DNA of 64,000 nt, from NCBI GenBank assembly GCA_944369075.1, contig CALVXK010000007.1, forward strand, positions 4,362 to 68,361. Reading direction: 5' to 3'. This DNA is from an uncultured Bacilli bacterium. GTDB lineage: Bacteria; Bacillota_I; Bacilli_A; RFN20; CAG-826. Within the stretch, counting starts at the first letter, position 1; each line of letters starts with the position of its first letter. Positions 44,221-54,599 of the stretch are shown here, piece after piece. The translations under genes and the position numbers were made by a program. Below the pieces are notes generated by a model. The model was not told the origin of the DNA and searched no databases. It saw nothing but the letters and a program-made list of their open reading frames with translations.

Positions 44221-45117
44221 TTATTTAGATATAAAATCTAATATATCGTTATAGACAAAAGAATTATTATCTTCATTTAATATCTCATGTCTCATATTAG
44301 GATAAATAATTAAATTAGATTTAAGATTATGTGATAGATATAACTTTTGTAGTTTAACTAATCCTTTGGAGTTATTACCTACCGGATCATCTTTTCCTCC
44401 AATAATTAATATATCTAAATTTTTAGATATATTATCAACATTCTTCGAATTTTGAATAGAGGCCATACCTTTTAGAAACGATTTATAGAATCTATTTGTA
44501 GCTCTAACCCCACATAAAGGGTCTTCATCATATCTTCTAACATTTTCTTTATTATAAGATAACCAATCATTATCACTCTCTCTATTTTTAATTGCTTTAA
44601 CATAACTTCCAATAGATAAATTATGGAATAAGGTAGCTTTCTTATCTAAATTCTTTTTATTAATTAAGAATTTAGATAAGAAATAACCTACCTTTGCTAA
44701 AGGATTAGGACCGTTACTTCCACAAATAATTACTTTATCAATTGTTGAAGAATATTTTTCAATATAACCTTGAAGAATAAAAGACCCCATTGAATGACCA
44801 AAATTAGTAAGTTCAATATTATTATCATATTTTGATTTAAGTAACTTATTAAAGTCTTTAAGTACTTCAATATATTTAAAGAAAAAATCATCTACTGGGT
44901 TCATTAATTCTCCATTTTTCTCACCTTGTCCAAAATGGTCTAATGAATATACTGAAATGTTATTTTTATTTAAAAAAGTAGCGAAATCATCATATCTTCC
45001 ACTATGTTCTGCCATACCTGTTACAATAACAACAATCTTAGAAGGGGACTTAACTTCCCATTTATGTCCATATAATGAATCATTATTTCTTAAAGCAAAC
45101 TTTAATTCTTCCATCAT
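44221..45117 (-). CDS. Alpha/beta hydrolase (lysophospholipase-like)
   Basis: 'GMAEHSGRY', GHSMG nucleophile, 'DDPVG', 'RHEILNE'. Confidence 0.9.
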   Translation of the reverse strand: MMEELKFALRNNDSLYGHKWEVKSPSKIVVIVTGMAEHSGRYDDFATFLNKNNISVYSLDHFGQGEKNGELMNPVDDFFFKYIEVLKDFNKLLKSKYDNNIELTNFGHSMGSFILQGYIEKYSSTIDKVIICGSNGPNPLAKVGYFLSKFLINKKNLDKKATLFHNLSIGSYVKAIKNRESDNDWLSYNKENVRRYDEDPLCGVRATNRFYKSFLKGMASIQNSKNVDNISKNLDILIIGGKDDPVGNNSKGLVKLQKLYLSHNLKSNLIIYPNMRHEILNEDNNSFVYNDILDFISK

Positions 45118-45187
45118 AAAAATTACCTCTAAACTAATTATTTATATTATATTAGTTAAGTATTTTTATTTTAAGATAAAATAGTGT

Positions 45188-47467
45188 TTATTTTGCTTGT
45201 TTTATTGATAAACCAATTCTTTTTCGATCTAGATCTAAAGAAATAACTTTAACTTTTACAACTTGATTGATAGAAAAAATATCAGAAAGATTTTTAATAT
45301 AAGAATCGCTAGCTTCTGAAATATGAACTAATCCATCTTGATGAACATTAATATCAACAAACATACCAAAATCCATAATGTTTCTTATTGTTCCATTTAA
45401 AATCATTCCAACTTTTAAATCTTTAATATCTTTAACTTTATTATCTAAAGTTACAATTTCCATCTCATCTCTAATATCTCTACCTGGATTTTTAAGTTCA
45501 CTTAAAATATCTTCTAAAGTTTCTAAAATCATATCTTTATGTTCGTTAAGGAACTTTGTTTTATTTAATGAATTAAGTTTAGAAACTCTTTCTTCATATG
45601 AATCATTTTTTAAATCACAATTAACTTCTTTTAAAATGAGTTTTGCATCATTATATCTTTCTGGATGAATCATCGTGTTATCTAATATTTCTTCACTATC
45701 TTCAACTTTTAAGAAACCGGCACATTGAGTAAAAGCTTTTTCGCCCATCATTTTAACTTTCTTTAAATCATTTCTAGATTTAAAGTCACCATTTTCTTTT
45801 CGATATTCATAAATATTTTTAGCTAAAGTTTTCGAAACCCCTGAAACATAATTAAGTAAAGAAATAGAAGCATTATTAACTCTAACTCCAACTTTATTAA
45901 CGCAGTCTTCAACAACATTAGATAAAGCATCATTTAGTTTAGTTTGGTTCATATCGTGTTGATATTGACCAACTCCAATTGCTTTAGGTTCAATTTTTAC
46001 AAGTTCAGCTAAAGGATCAATGATTCTTCTTGCTAAAGATATAGCACTTCTTTTTTCAACGCTAAGTTCAGGAAATTCTTCTTCCCCAAGTTTAGAAGCA
46101 CTATAAACGCTCGTACCACTTTCATTAACAATAAATATCTTTGTAGAATTTAGATTATATTCTTTTAACATTACATTAAGTACTTCTTCACTTTCTCTAG
46201 AAGCAGTACCATTGCCTAAAGCAATATAATCTATATCGTATTTTTTAATTAAAGTTGCAATTTCTTTTTTACCTTTTTCAACTTGTTCTTTACTACTAGA
46301 AGTAATATAAACTGTACCTACTTCATGAGGAATAGAAAGAGTATCAACATAGGCATATTTACATCCTGTTCTAAAACCAGGATCAAAACCTAAAACTTTC
46401 TTATTTTTTAATGGTGGATAAAGTAATAATTCTTTTAAATTCTTCTTAAATACTTCAATTGATCTATCTTCAGCAAAAGTAAATAAATCATTTTCAATTT
46501 CATTAGTTATCGAAGGTAAAATAGATTTATTTAATGAATCTTTAATACATTCACTAATAATATCTTCAAAATAGATATTATTAGTTTTAATGTAATGATA
46601 TGACATATAAGAAATTAATCTATCTTTATCATAACTAAATGAAAAAGAAAGTTCTTTTTCTTTATTTCCTCTAAATATTGCTAAAATTTGATAAGGTTTA
46701 AGTTTATTAATCTTATTTTCAAAATCTTTATATGTATCGTATTTTGATTTAACATTAGTTAATGTATTATCTTTACTTTCTTTTAACTTAACTTTAATTA
46801 AACCATAATTATAAATTGATTCTTTAATGTATTTTCTAAATTTAGGATCATCACTAAATTCTTCTTTAATAATATCTTTTGCTCCTTCTAAAGCTTCTTC
46901 TTTTGATTTAACACCTTTTTCTTCATTTACAAAAGATTCTAAATAAGAATTATAAAAATCATCGACATATCTATTTTTTAAGATAACATCTTTAATAGGT
47001 TCAAGACCTTTTTCAATAGCTTTCTTTGCTTTTGAAACTCTTTTTTCTTTATAAGGACGATATAAATCTTCTAAAGTTGATAAAACAAAGGTTGATTTAA
47101 TCTCGTTTTCTAATTCTTTAGTTAATTTATCTTTAAGATATATTGCATTTAAAATCGTTTCTTTTCTTTCTTCAATATTTCTTAAATACTTTAATCTTTC
47201 TTCAAAATTTCTTAAAGTTACATCATCTGTATTATTTGTTACTTCTTTTCTATATCTAGCAATAAAAGGAACTGTATTTCCTTCATCAAGTAAGTTTATA
47301 ATCTTACTTACAATATCTTCTTTTAAATTAAGTTCATTTGATAAAGTTAAAACAATTCTTTTTAAAGATTCCTCTTTATTAAAATCATACTTTTTAACTT
47401 CATTATCTTCACTATTATTCTCATTAGTATTTAACGAATTTGCTATATCTAAGTTATTTTCTAACAT
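45188..47467 (-). CDS. tex: Tex-like RNA-binding transcriptional accessory protein
   Basis: 'GNTVPFIARYRKE', 'DPGFRTGCK', 'GNGTASRE', 'IGVGQYQHD', C-terminal S1 domain. Confidence 0.95.
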   Translation of the reverse strand: MLENNLDIANSLNTNENNSEDNEVKKYDFNKEESLKRIVLTLSNELNLKEDIVSKIINLLDEGNTVPFIARYRKEVTNNTDDVTLRNFEERLKYLRNIEERKETILNAIYLKDKLTKELENEIKSTFVLSTLEDLYRPYKEKRVSKAKKAIEKGLEPIKDVILKNRYVDDFYNSYLESFVNEEKGVKSKEEALEGAKDIIKEEFSDDPKFRKYIKESIYNYGLIKVKLKESKDNTLTNVKSKYDTYKDFENKINKLKPYQILAIFRGNKEKELSFSFSYDKDRLISYMSYHYIKTNNIYFEDIISECIKDSLNKSILPSITNEIENDLFTFAEDRSIEVFKKNLKELLLYPPLKNKKVLGFDPGFRTGCKYAYVDTLSIPHEVGTVYITSSSKEQVEKGKKEIATLIKKYDIDYIALGNGTASRESEEVLNVMLKEYNLNSTKIFIVNESGTSVYSASKLGEEEFPELSVEKRSAISLARRIIDPLAELVKIEPKAIGVGQYQHDMNQTKLNDALSNVVEDCVNKVGVRVNNASISLLNYVSGVSKTLAKNIYEYRKENGDFKSRNDLKKVKMMGEKAFTQCAGFLKVEDSEEILDNTMIHPERYNDAKLILKEVNCDLKNDSYEERVSKLNSLNKTKFLNEHKDMILETLEDILSELKNPGRDIRDEMEIVTLDNKVKDIKDLKVGMILNGTIRNIMDFGMFVDINVHQDGLVHISEASDSYIKNLSDIFSINQVVKVKVISLDLDRKRIGLSIKQAK

Positions 47468-47497
47468 TATTAATCCTCAAATTTTTATTTATCAATC

Positions 47498-47525
47498 AAA
47501 TTCCTCCCTTTTTGGGGAGGAATTT
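47498..47525 (-). terminator. Intrinsic terminator after lemA
   Basis: AAATTCCTCCC / GGGAGGAATTT. Confidence 0.75.
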
Positions 47526-47552
47526 ATAATTCTAGTAGTTATTTTATAAATA

Positions 47553-48227
47553 TTAATTAAAGAATGTACCTCTAGCTTCTTCTTTAACTTCTTTAGAAAT
47601 TGAAAAAGGAATTCTAGTGGTATATCCTCTTTTAGCAGCAACAATTTGTTTTGTTGGCCATTCAAAAATAGCATTATTCCATCTATTTACTGCATCATTA
47701 TAAAGTTCTCTAGCGGCAGTAATTTCTCTTTGTAAATAAGAGTTTTTTTGTAAAACATCAGCTATTTCTTGATGAGCTTTTAAATCTGGATAGTTTTCAA
47801 AAGCAACATTAATTTTAGCAGCAACATTATCCATTGTTTGAGCAATTTCATTTCTTGCTCTATCTCCTTCTGGAGAATTAACTCCACCTCTATAAGAAGC
47901 GATTTTAGTCATTGTATCTTTATCTAAATCAATTGCTTTATCTAAAAGCTGAGCAGCATTTTTAAGTTCCACAACTCTTTGTTCCATGTAGTTATCAACG
48001 GTTGAAGCAGCTGATTGAATATTTTGTTGAAGTTGAGAAAGATATTTTCCAGCATTAATTTTCATAAATAAGAAAATAATACCAGGAATAATACCAAGTA
48101 CCCATAAAATAACTTCAAATATTGTTGAACCAACTCCTACTTTTACTGGAATTTGTTTTTCTATAACGCTAACGTCTCTACCTTCTTCCTTAATAGGACC
48201 AGTTACTTCATCTAATTCATTTGGCAT
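47553..48227 (-). CDS. lemA: LemA family protein
   Basis: Single TM; 'FENYPDLKA', 'ITAARELYND.V..WN..I..WP'. Confidence 0.88.
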   Translation of the reverse strand: MPNELDEVTGPIKEEGRDVSVIEKQIPVKVGVGSTIFEVILWVLGIIPGIIFLFMKINAGKYLSQLQQNIQSAASTVDNYMEQRVVELKNAAQLLDKAIDLDKDTMTKIASYRGGVNSPEGDRARNEIAQTMDNVAAKINVAFENYPDLKAHQEIADVLQKNSYLQREITAARELYNDAVNRWNNAIFEWPTKQIVAAKRGYTTRIPFSISKEVKEEARGTFFN

Positions 48228-48323
48228 AATTATTATCTCCTTTAATAATTTAAATTTATATTAAGATTATACCATCTACTTACTTTTTAAGATATAAAAT
48301 TTAGTTAAGAAAAAGTCATTATT

Positions 48324-48627
48324 TTAGTTAAACGAGCCTATTTCAATGACTTTCTTTATACCTTTTTCAATAGCTTCATCATATGTCATATCTTCTAAGA
48401 GCAACTTATTTGATTGATTAAGATAATTGTTTTCAAAAAATCTAGTTTTAATAATACTATTTAAAAGTTCATTAAAATCATATTGATCTTGGCAAGAATA
48501 TTGATTATTTGCTTCTTTTCTACTTTCTCTAACTCTATCTCTTAAAATTTTTAATTCCTTCAGACCTTCCGCTTCTAAATAAGCTTCTAAATCATCCTTT
48601 ATAGTGAAATTTAAATCTTTTTTTCAC
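48324..48627 (-). pseudogene. Unannotated ~100-aa ORF whose GTG start is shifted out of frame by an A7 run
   Basis: Open frame KDLNFTIKDDLEAYLEAEGLKEL...KVIEIGSFN*; GTG-A7-GAT. Confidence 0.5.
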
Positions 48628-48699
48628 AACAAAATTACTTAATAAAACTTCTTTTATCAAGATAAATAAAAAAGTTTACTATTATTTTTTATCTACTTT

Positions 48700-49725
48700 T
48701 TAAAAGGTTATTTTCTTAGTTATTTCATCAAATTTTATATCATTTTCTTTAATTAAGTTACCAATTTCTTCTAATGTAGGCATAGGTAGAGCCCCTTCTT
48801 TTAAAATAGTAAGTCCACCACATATTGAGCCTATTTTAGTAGCGTTAATTAACTCCAAAGGAGAAAAATCTAAAGAAGATGAATTAAAATCTTTTAAAGA
48901 AGAAAGATAGCCAATAAATCCTCCAAAAGAAGCATCCCCACATCCAATTGCATCTTTAATTTCTTCTTTTTTAAAATGTAATGGAGAAACTATATATCCT
49001 TCTTTATTTTTAGTATCAATTACCATCATATCTTTATCGCTATCAGTTAAAAAGATATAAGATAAATTATGATATTTTGAGATTATTTCCTTAATAGAAA
49101 AAATATAATCATCATTATTAGTAAATAAAGAAAGTTCATCTTTTCCTATTTTTAAAATATTAGCATAGCGAAGAATCTTCTTTACTATTTTTCTCCAACT
49201 AACTTTGGAAAATAAATCTTTACGGTAATTTGGATCAAAAACGATTGTTGCATTATTTTTCGAATATATTTCTAAAATCTCTAATATTTCATCTTCATTA
49301 AGTTCAGATAAAAAAGGAATTGTTCCTAAATAAAAAATAGAAGGCAAATCTTTTTCTAACTTAACAAAATCTAAAATAGATGTATTTAAAAAAGAAGCTT
49401 TATCTAATATAAAAGAAAATGATCTATCTCCACTACTTTGATCTATTTTAGCTAAAGAAAAGGCAATATTACTATCTTCAATATAAGTTAAATAATCTTT
49501 CTTAACATTTTCTTTAGCTAAAATATCTAAAATATTATCTAAATATTTTTCGATATTACTATTTTTTGTAGGTAAAAAGGAAGAAAGATAAGATACATTA
49601 TTTTTAAATTTAGCAACCATTGAAATAAAATTTAATGGTGCTCCGCCTACCTTTTCATTTTTAATTTTATTATCGATAACTACTTTATCGATAATTATCT
49701 CTCCAAATGCTACAATCCTATTCAT
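48700..49725 (-). CDS. PfkB family carbohydrate kinase
   Basis: 'FGEIIID', 'GGAPLN', 'FDPNYR', 'DAIGCGDASFGG'. Confidence 0.88.
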   Translation of the reverse strand: MNRIVAFGEIIIDKVVIDNKIKNEKVGGAPLNFISMVAKFKNNVSYLSSFLPTKNSNIEKYLDNILDILAKENVKKDYLTYIEDSNIAFSLAKIDQSSGDRSFSFILDKASFLNTSILDFVKLEKDLPSIFYLGTIPFLSELNEDEILEILEIYSKNNATIVFDPNYRKDLFSKVSWRKIVKKILRYANILKIGKDELSLFTNNDDYIFSIKEIISKYHNLSYIFLTDSDKDMMVIDTKNKEGYIVSPLHFKKEEIKDAIGCGDASFGGFIGYLSSLKDFNSSSLDFSPLELINATKIGSICGGLTILKEGALPMPTLEEIGNLIKENDIKFDEITKKITF

Positions 49726-49736
49726 ATATATTAAAT

Positions 49737-51674
49737 TTAAATTAGTTTATTAAGTTCATTAATGATTTTATCATAATCTAAATTAGTAAAATCATTCTCT
49801 TTTGTTAAATCACCTTTTAAAGGAATCATATAAAGTGAATTTACTTCTTCTAAAGAATATATATCAAATAAATTACTAAGTACTTCATTAGATTCAACTA
49901 TATCTTTCGATTTAAGTAAATTTCTTAGTCCACTAAGACTATTTCCAATAATTACTCTTCTAGTTCTATTTAAACTATGATATTCAACATAATTAACAGG
50001 AACATCATAAATTCTTCCATTATTAGCACTTTTAGGAATATAAGCTATTTTATTTTCACCAAAATAAGAAAAAGCATAAACATCAACAATATCATAATTT
50101 TCATAACGCTTAATAAAGTTATATTTTAAAATTGTTGGAGTTGTATGATTTTTAGGAGCAAATTCTTTATCACTAGATTTATTGAGTAATGGTTCAATTG
50201 CATATGAAGAGAAATTTCTTTCATAGTAATCTTTATAAATATATTCTAGTGGTTTATGTTGTTGATAAAGTGGAATAGATAAAAGTGGAGCAAAATCAAA
50301 ATATAAACTTGAAAAGAAATTTTGAGCATAATTTAAAAAGTTCATCTTACTAACTTTATAAGAAGGCGAAGCAAAACTAGAAGGAATAACATCATAATTA
50401 AATTCTTGAGAATGAACTGATTTAACATAGTTTCTTATTCCATCTTTAATAAATATAAAATCATCGCCATAAGGTGAAAATTTAATTAAATCTTCCATTT
50501 CTTGTTGAGCAAGTGGGGTAAAAAGTAACCTAAATTCCGTCTCATTATCTCTAGAAAGAGTATTAAAATAAACTTCAAATTCTTTGTTAGTAAGAAGCGT
50601 TAACTTCTTACCTTCTTTTAAAGCATCTTCTTCTTTTTCTTCTAAATCTTTTATTCTTCTATTTAAATCTTTTTCACTTAATTCTTTTTCAATAGTAGGA
50701 TTATTTTTTCTAATAAAATGAAGATTAGGTGCAGCTTCATTACCTAAAAATAAAGTTGCTCTATTTGAATAATATGGACAAGGTAGAGTTAAACTTGCAA
50801 CTAATGTTTGACTTCTAGTAGAGCTATTTTTACCATTATAAACAGTGTAAGTAACAACAATACTTCCAGTATATGTTTTTTCTCCTAAATTATGATAAAG
50901 CGTATTATATAAAATAAATGGTGAGCCATAACATTCTCCTGATAGAACTGAAATCATCGATTCATCGCTACCTTGATTATCTAAAATACCATATTTTTCT
51001 TTAATAAAACTAAATTTCTTATAATCTAAATATTCATCAAATCTAATTGAAGGAATAGTTAAAGTAAATACTTTTTTAAACATATGGTAAGAAAAAAGAT
51101 TATTTAAAGGAGCCATTTCAATGTTACATTTTATAAGTAAGTTATCTTTTTCTTTATTTAATTTATCAATTTCTTTAGTTAGTCTAATAATTGCAGCATC
51201 TCTTTTTTTATTTTTCAATACTAAAAAGATAATACCTAAAATAATTAAAATAACTCCTAAAATTATTCCAACTATTCCAAAAGTAAGAAATCCATTAATA
51301 TTAAGAAGAGCGATAACAAAAAGAATAATACCAATTACTAAAGAAATAATTGATAAAGTTTTACGTAAATTTTTAGCACCTTTATGTTTATCTAGTTCTT
51401 CTTTTTTTATTTTAAGTTCATCTAATTTTTTTAGATATAAATCATAATCAGCAATATTTTGATTAACATCAATCTTAGATTTTTTAACTAAATCTTCAAA
51501 AAATTGATCGGCTTCTTCATTAACTTTATTTTTGTAAATATTATTAAAGTCTTTTAAAGGAGAATAAATGTATTTTGTATCATCTATTTTGTTTTTTATA
51601 TCTGCTTTAGCTTTATCATCAAAATTAGCGATATTATCTTTTGATATAAATTTATTTAAATCAAGTTCGTCCAT
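49737..51674 (-). CDS. Membrane protein resembling the Mycoplasma LemA-associated (MAG1210-type) family
   Basis: Coiled coil plus 2 TM; 'RDNETEFRLLFTPLAQ', 'YFDFAPLLSIPLYQQ'; near lemA; family assignment from memory. Confidence 0.55.
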   Translation of the reverse strand: MDELDLNKFISKDNIANFDDKAKADIKNKIDDTKYIYSPLKDFNNIYKNKVNEEADQFFEDLVKKSKIDVNQNIADYDLYLKKLDELKIKKEELDKHKGAKNLRKTLSIISLVIGIILFVIALLNINGFLTFGIVGIILGVILIILGIIFLVLKNKKRDAAIIRLTKEIDKLNKEKDNLLIKCNIEMAPLNNLFSYHMFKKVFTLTIPSIRFDEYLDYKKFSFIKEKYGILDNQGSDESMISVLSGECYGSPFILYNTLYHNLGEKTYTGSIVVTYTVYNGKNSSTRSQTLVASLTLPCPYYSNRATLFLGNEAAPNLHFIRKNNPTIEKELSEKDLNRRIKDLEEKEEDALKEGKKLTLLTNKEFEVYFNTLSRDNETEFRLLFTPLAQQEMEDLIKFSPYGDDFIFIKDGIRNYVKSVHSQEFNYDVIPSSFASPSYKVSKMNFLNYAQNFFSSLYFDFAPLLSIPLYQQHKPLEYIYKDYYERNFSSYAIEPLLNKSSDKEFAPKNHTTPTILKYNFIKRYENYDIVDVYAFSYFGENKIAYIPKSANNGRIYDVPVNYVEYHSLNRTRRVIIGNSLSGLRNLLKSKDIVESNEVLSNLFDIYSLEEVNSLYMIPLKGDLTKENDFTNLDYDKIINELNKLI

Positions 51675-51779
51675 AATTATTAAATTAATTTCACCCTTAT
51701 TATAAATAAAATTCTAACATCTACTCACTTTTATATAAAGTTAATGTTTCTATATTTTTAAACAAAAAATCTTACTAAT

Positions 51780-52925
51780 TTACTTATTTTCCGTATTATT
51801 TTCATTTATATCATAAATATAACATCTTCTTCTTTTATGATAAATTGAATCAAATCTTTTCCAACAATTAATAATAGGAGTATTTGTTTCTAATGTAAGA
51901 TTAGTTTCACAATAATCAAATTCATTTTCATTCATTAAGTTCATTACTTCGACTAAGAGTAAAGTTGCAATACCAGCTGAACGATAATCTTTTCTAACTC
52001 CGATTAAACAAAAATCAATCTTTTGTGGTTTAGATAAAGCTTTTAAAAGCTTATATAAAGTTAGTAAATTAGTTAACTTACCTTTACTACCTTTTAAAGC
52101 ATCACTTAAAGATGGAAGACAAAAGCCAAAAGCAATTAAATCATCGTTTTTATCAACTACTAATCTTATTAAATCAGTATTTAAAATAGTTTTAAAATCT
52201 TTAACGATATAAGAAATTTGATTCTTAGTTAAAGGTACTGTTTGATAAAGTCCATCATAAGAATCATCGATTAAATCAAAGATTTTATCAGCATATTTAT
52301 CAAGTAATTCTTTTTTAGATTTAATAGTTAATACTCTTAAATTATACTTTTTATTTAAAAAATTAATTAAATTAGAGATTTTATCTGGTATTGGTTTAGG
52401 TTTAAATAAACGGTGTTCTAACCAATCAACTTCTTTTCTAAATCCATAGTTTTCAATTAAATTTTGATAATAAGGATAATTATATTGTTCTTGATAAGTA
52501 TTTAAATAATTAAATCCACTAATTAATAAACCTTCTCTCTCTAAATCTGAATAACCTAATGGACCATTAATTTGATTCATTCCTTGACTGATAGCAAATT
52601 CTTTTGCTTTATCAAATAAAGCATTAGCCACTTCTTGATCATTAATACTATCAAAACGAGTAAATCTAACTCTTTTTTGATTCCATTTTTTATTTGAAGG
52701 ATAAGAAAGTATAACTTCTATTCTACCGACAATTTTATTATCTTTATAAGCTAAATAAAATTTAGATAATGTATTTTCATTATATGGATAGTCTTTTTTA
52801 AATATTGCTTTTTCACTAGAATAAAGTGAAGGTACATAATATTTATTGTTTTTATATAATTTTAAAGGAAAGTTAATAAAATTCCTTATATCTTTTCTTG
52901 TTTTTACTTCTTTGATCTTAATCAT
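51780..52925 (-). CDS. GNAT-family N-acetyltransferase (YghO-like)
   Basis: 'FINFPLKLY', 'GRI', 'RFDSIND', 'GPLGYSDLEREG', 'YNYPYY'. Confidence 0.8.
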   Translation of the reverse strand: MIKIKEVKTRKDIRNFINFPLKLYKNNKYYVPSLYSSEKAIFKKDYPYNENTLSKFYLAYKDNKIVGRIEVILSYPSNKKWNQKRVRFTRFDSINDQEVANALFDKAKEFAISQGMNQINGPLGYSDLEREGLLISGFNYLNTYQEQYNYPYYQNLIENYGFRKEVDWLEHRLFKPKPIPDKISNLINFLNKKYNLRVLTIKSKKELLDKYADKIFDLIDDSYDGLYQTVPLTKNQISYIVKDFKTILNTDLIRLVVDKNDDLIAFGFCLPSLSDALKGSKGKLTNLLTLYKLLKALSKPQKIDFCLIGVRKDYRSAGIATLLLVEVMNLMNENEFDYCETNLTLETNTPIINCWKRFDSIYHKRRRCYIYDINENNTENK

Positions 52926-53006
52926 AATTTTAAATTCCAAGCAATAAAATTATATGATAAAAGAAGGATAAATTCATCTATAATTTAACTTTTAATTGAC
53001 GAAAAT

Positions 53007-53738
53007 TTAGCCTAGTTCATTAACGATATAAATAATAGAATCAGCTACTCTAAGATCACTATTTTTAAAATGATTTCCTTCATTTTCTTTATAATAAATT
53101 TTAATCTTTGGATCATCTAAAGAAGATAAATAATTAACTACTTCTAAAGTTAAATCTTTAATCTTACTTAAAGTAACATTTTTAGTTAAATGTTCTTTAT
53201 TCCCTAAAGAAATATAAATATTTTTAACATTTATACTAATCTTATTTTCTTTTATGAAATTAATGAAGTTATTAAACCATAAAGAAGCAGAATTAATTAA
53301 AGCAAAAGAAAATAAGTCTACTTTATATAAAGAATATAAAGCAAATAAAGAAGCTAAAGAATATCCTCCTATTCCAATATTAGATATATTTACATTATGT
53401 TTTAAAAATAAATATTCTTTTACTTTAGGTAAAATTTCATTAACTATATTATTTAAGAATATATCTCCATTTCCTTTAAAATCACTAGAATATTCATTTT
53501 TAAATACATCTTCTTGATAATATGGAGATAAATCATCATTCCATGAAAAATTAGATATTGTTAAGATTATAAAATTATCTAATTTATTATTACTACACTT
53601 AGATTTAACAAGATTATATATATTATTTCCTTCTTCTTCGTTAATAATAGGAAGTAATAATAAATTAGATGTTAAATTAACATTCTTTGTAAAATAAAGA
53701 TTAATTTTATAATCTAATATATCTAATTTTTCATTCAT
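53007..53738 (-). CDS. Alpha/beta-fold esterase
   Basis: 'WNDDLSP', 'GYSLASLFALY', 'SASLWF', 'SLGNKE', 'GNHF'. Confidence 0.8.
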   Translation of the reverse strand: MNEKLDILDYKINLYFTKNVNLTSNLLLLPIINEEEGNNIYNLVKSKCSNNKLDNFIILTISNFSWNDDLSPYYQEDVFKNEYSSDFKGNGDIFLNNIVNEILPKVKEYLFLKHNVNISNIGIGGYSLASLFALYSLYKVDLFSFALINSASLWFNNFINFIKENKISINVKNIYISLGNKEHLTKNVTLSKIKDLTLEVVNYLSSLDDPKIKIYYKENEGNHFKNSDLRVADSIIYIVNELG

Positions 53739-53749
53739 AAAAGTAATAA

Positions 53750-54385
53750 CTACATCTTATCTTTTTCACTAATAAAGTTAGTTCTTTCATTAAAAGTTAA
53801 TTTAGGCAAAGGTAAATTATTTTCTTTTGCTAAAGAAATAGCTTTAAGTAAATAAGCCATGTTTTTACCTAAATTATGCATAGTTTCTATTCCTTCTAAA
53901 TCATATTTTGCTTCCTCTTTAGAAGGTCCATGAACATTATTCCAATAGTTAGAAGGAATAACAAACATGTTAGATATAGTAAAATATTTATTAATTACAT
54001 CAAAAGATGCTGTGGCACCACTTCTTCTTAAAGTAATAACGCTAGCTCCTACTTTATGTTTAAAAACACTTTTACCAGAATAAAATACTCTATCTAAAAA
54101 TGAAAGAATTCTTCCTGTAGGATGGCCATAATAAACAGGAGAACCAAAAACAAATCCATCAACTTCGCTTGCTTTTTTAACAAATTCATTAACAATATCA
54201 TTAAATACACATCCTTCATGAGAGGCACAATATCCACAAGCAATACAATCATTAATAGCTTTATTTCCTAAATCAATAATTTCAGTTTCAATACCTTCTT
54301 CATTTAATGATTTAGCAACTTCATTAAGAGCAAATTTAGTAGTTCCATTAACATTAGGGCTTCCATTTACAAGCAATACTTTCAT
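53750..54385 (-). CDS. Flavodoxin / iron-sulfur flavoprotein family (NADPH-dependent FMN reductase fold)
   Basis: 'NGSP...GTT', CxxCxxC...C, 'GSPVYY', 'RRSGA'. Confidence 0.88.
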   Translation of the reverse strand: MKVLLVNGSPNVNGTTKFALNEVAKSLNEEGIETEIIDLGNKAINDCIACGYCASHEGCVFNDIVNEFVKKASEVDGFVFGSPVYYGHPTGRILSFLDRVFYSGKSVFKHKVGASVITLRRSGATASFDVINKYFTISNMFVIPSNYWNNVHGPSKEEAKYDLEGIETMHNLGKNMAYLLKAISLAKENNLPLPKLTFNERTNFISEKDKM

Positions 54386-54599
54386 CAATGTTTTCTCCTT
54401 TATTTTTAATGATTATATAATACTTCTAGATTTTTAAATTATGAATAATAATAATTTTAAAGTTTTTAATATAAAAAACCTATAATAGTTTTGAAATTAT
54501 AGGTAATTTTTAATTTGCGCTTGGAAAACGCCTTAAATGCCCTCAAAATTGGAAAGCAAACGCCTTTAATGTCTTAAGAAAAATCTTCTATTCTTATTT

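Noticed and set aside
45224-45226. CGA->Trp as in Absconditabacteria
   Set aside because: CGA encodes the expected Arg in Tex S1 (DLD[CGA]KRIGLS) and in the NrdA ATP-cone (YREN[CGA]).
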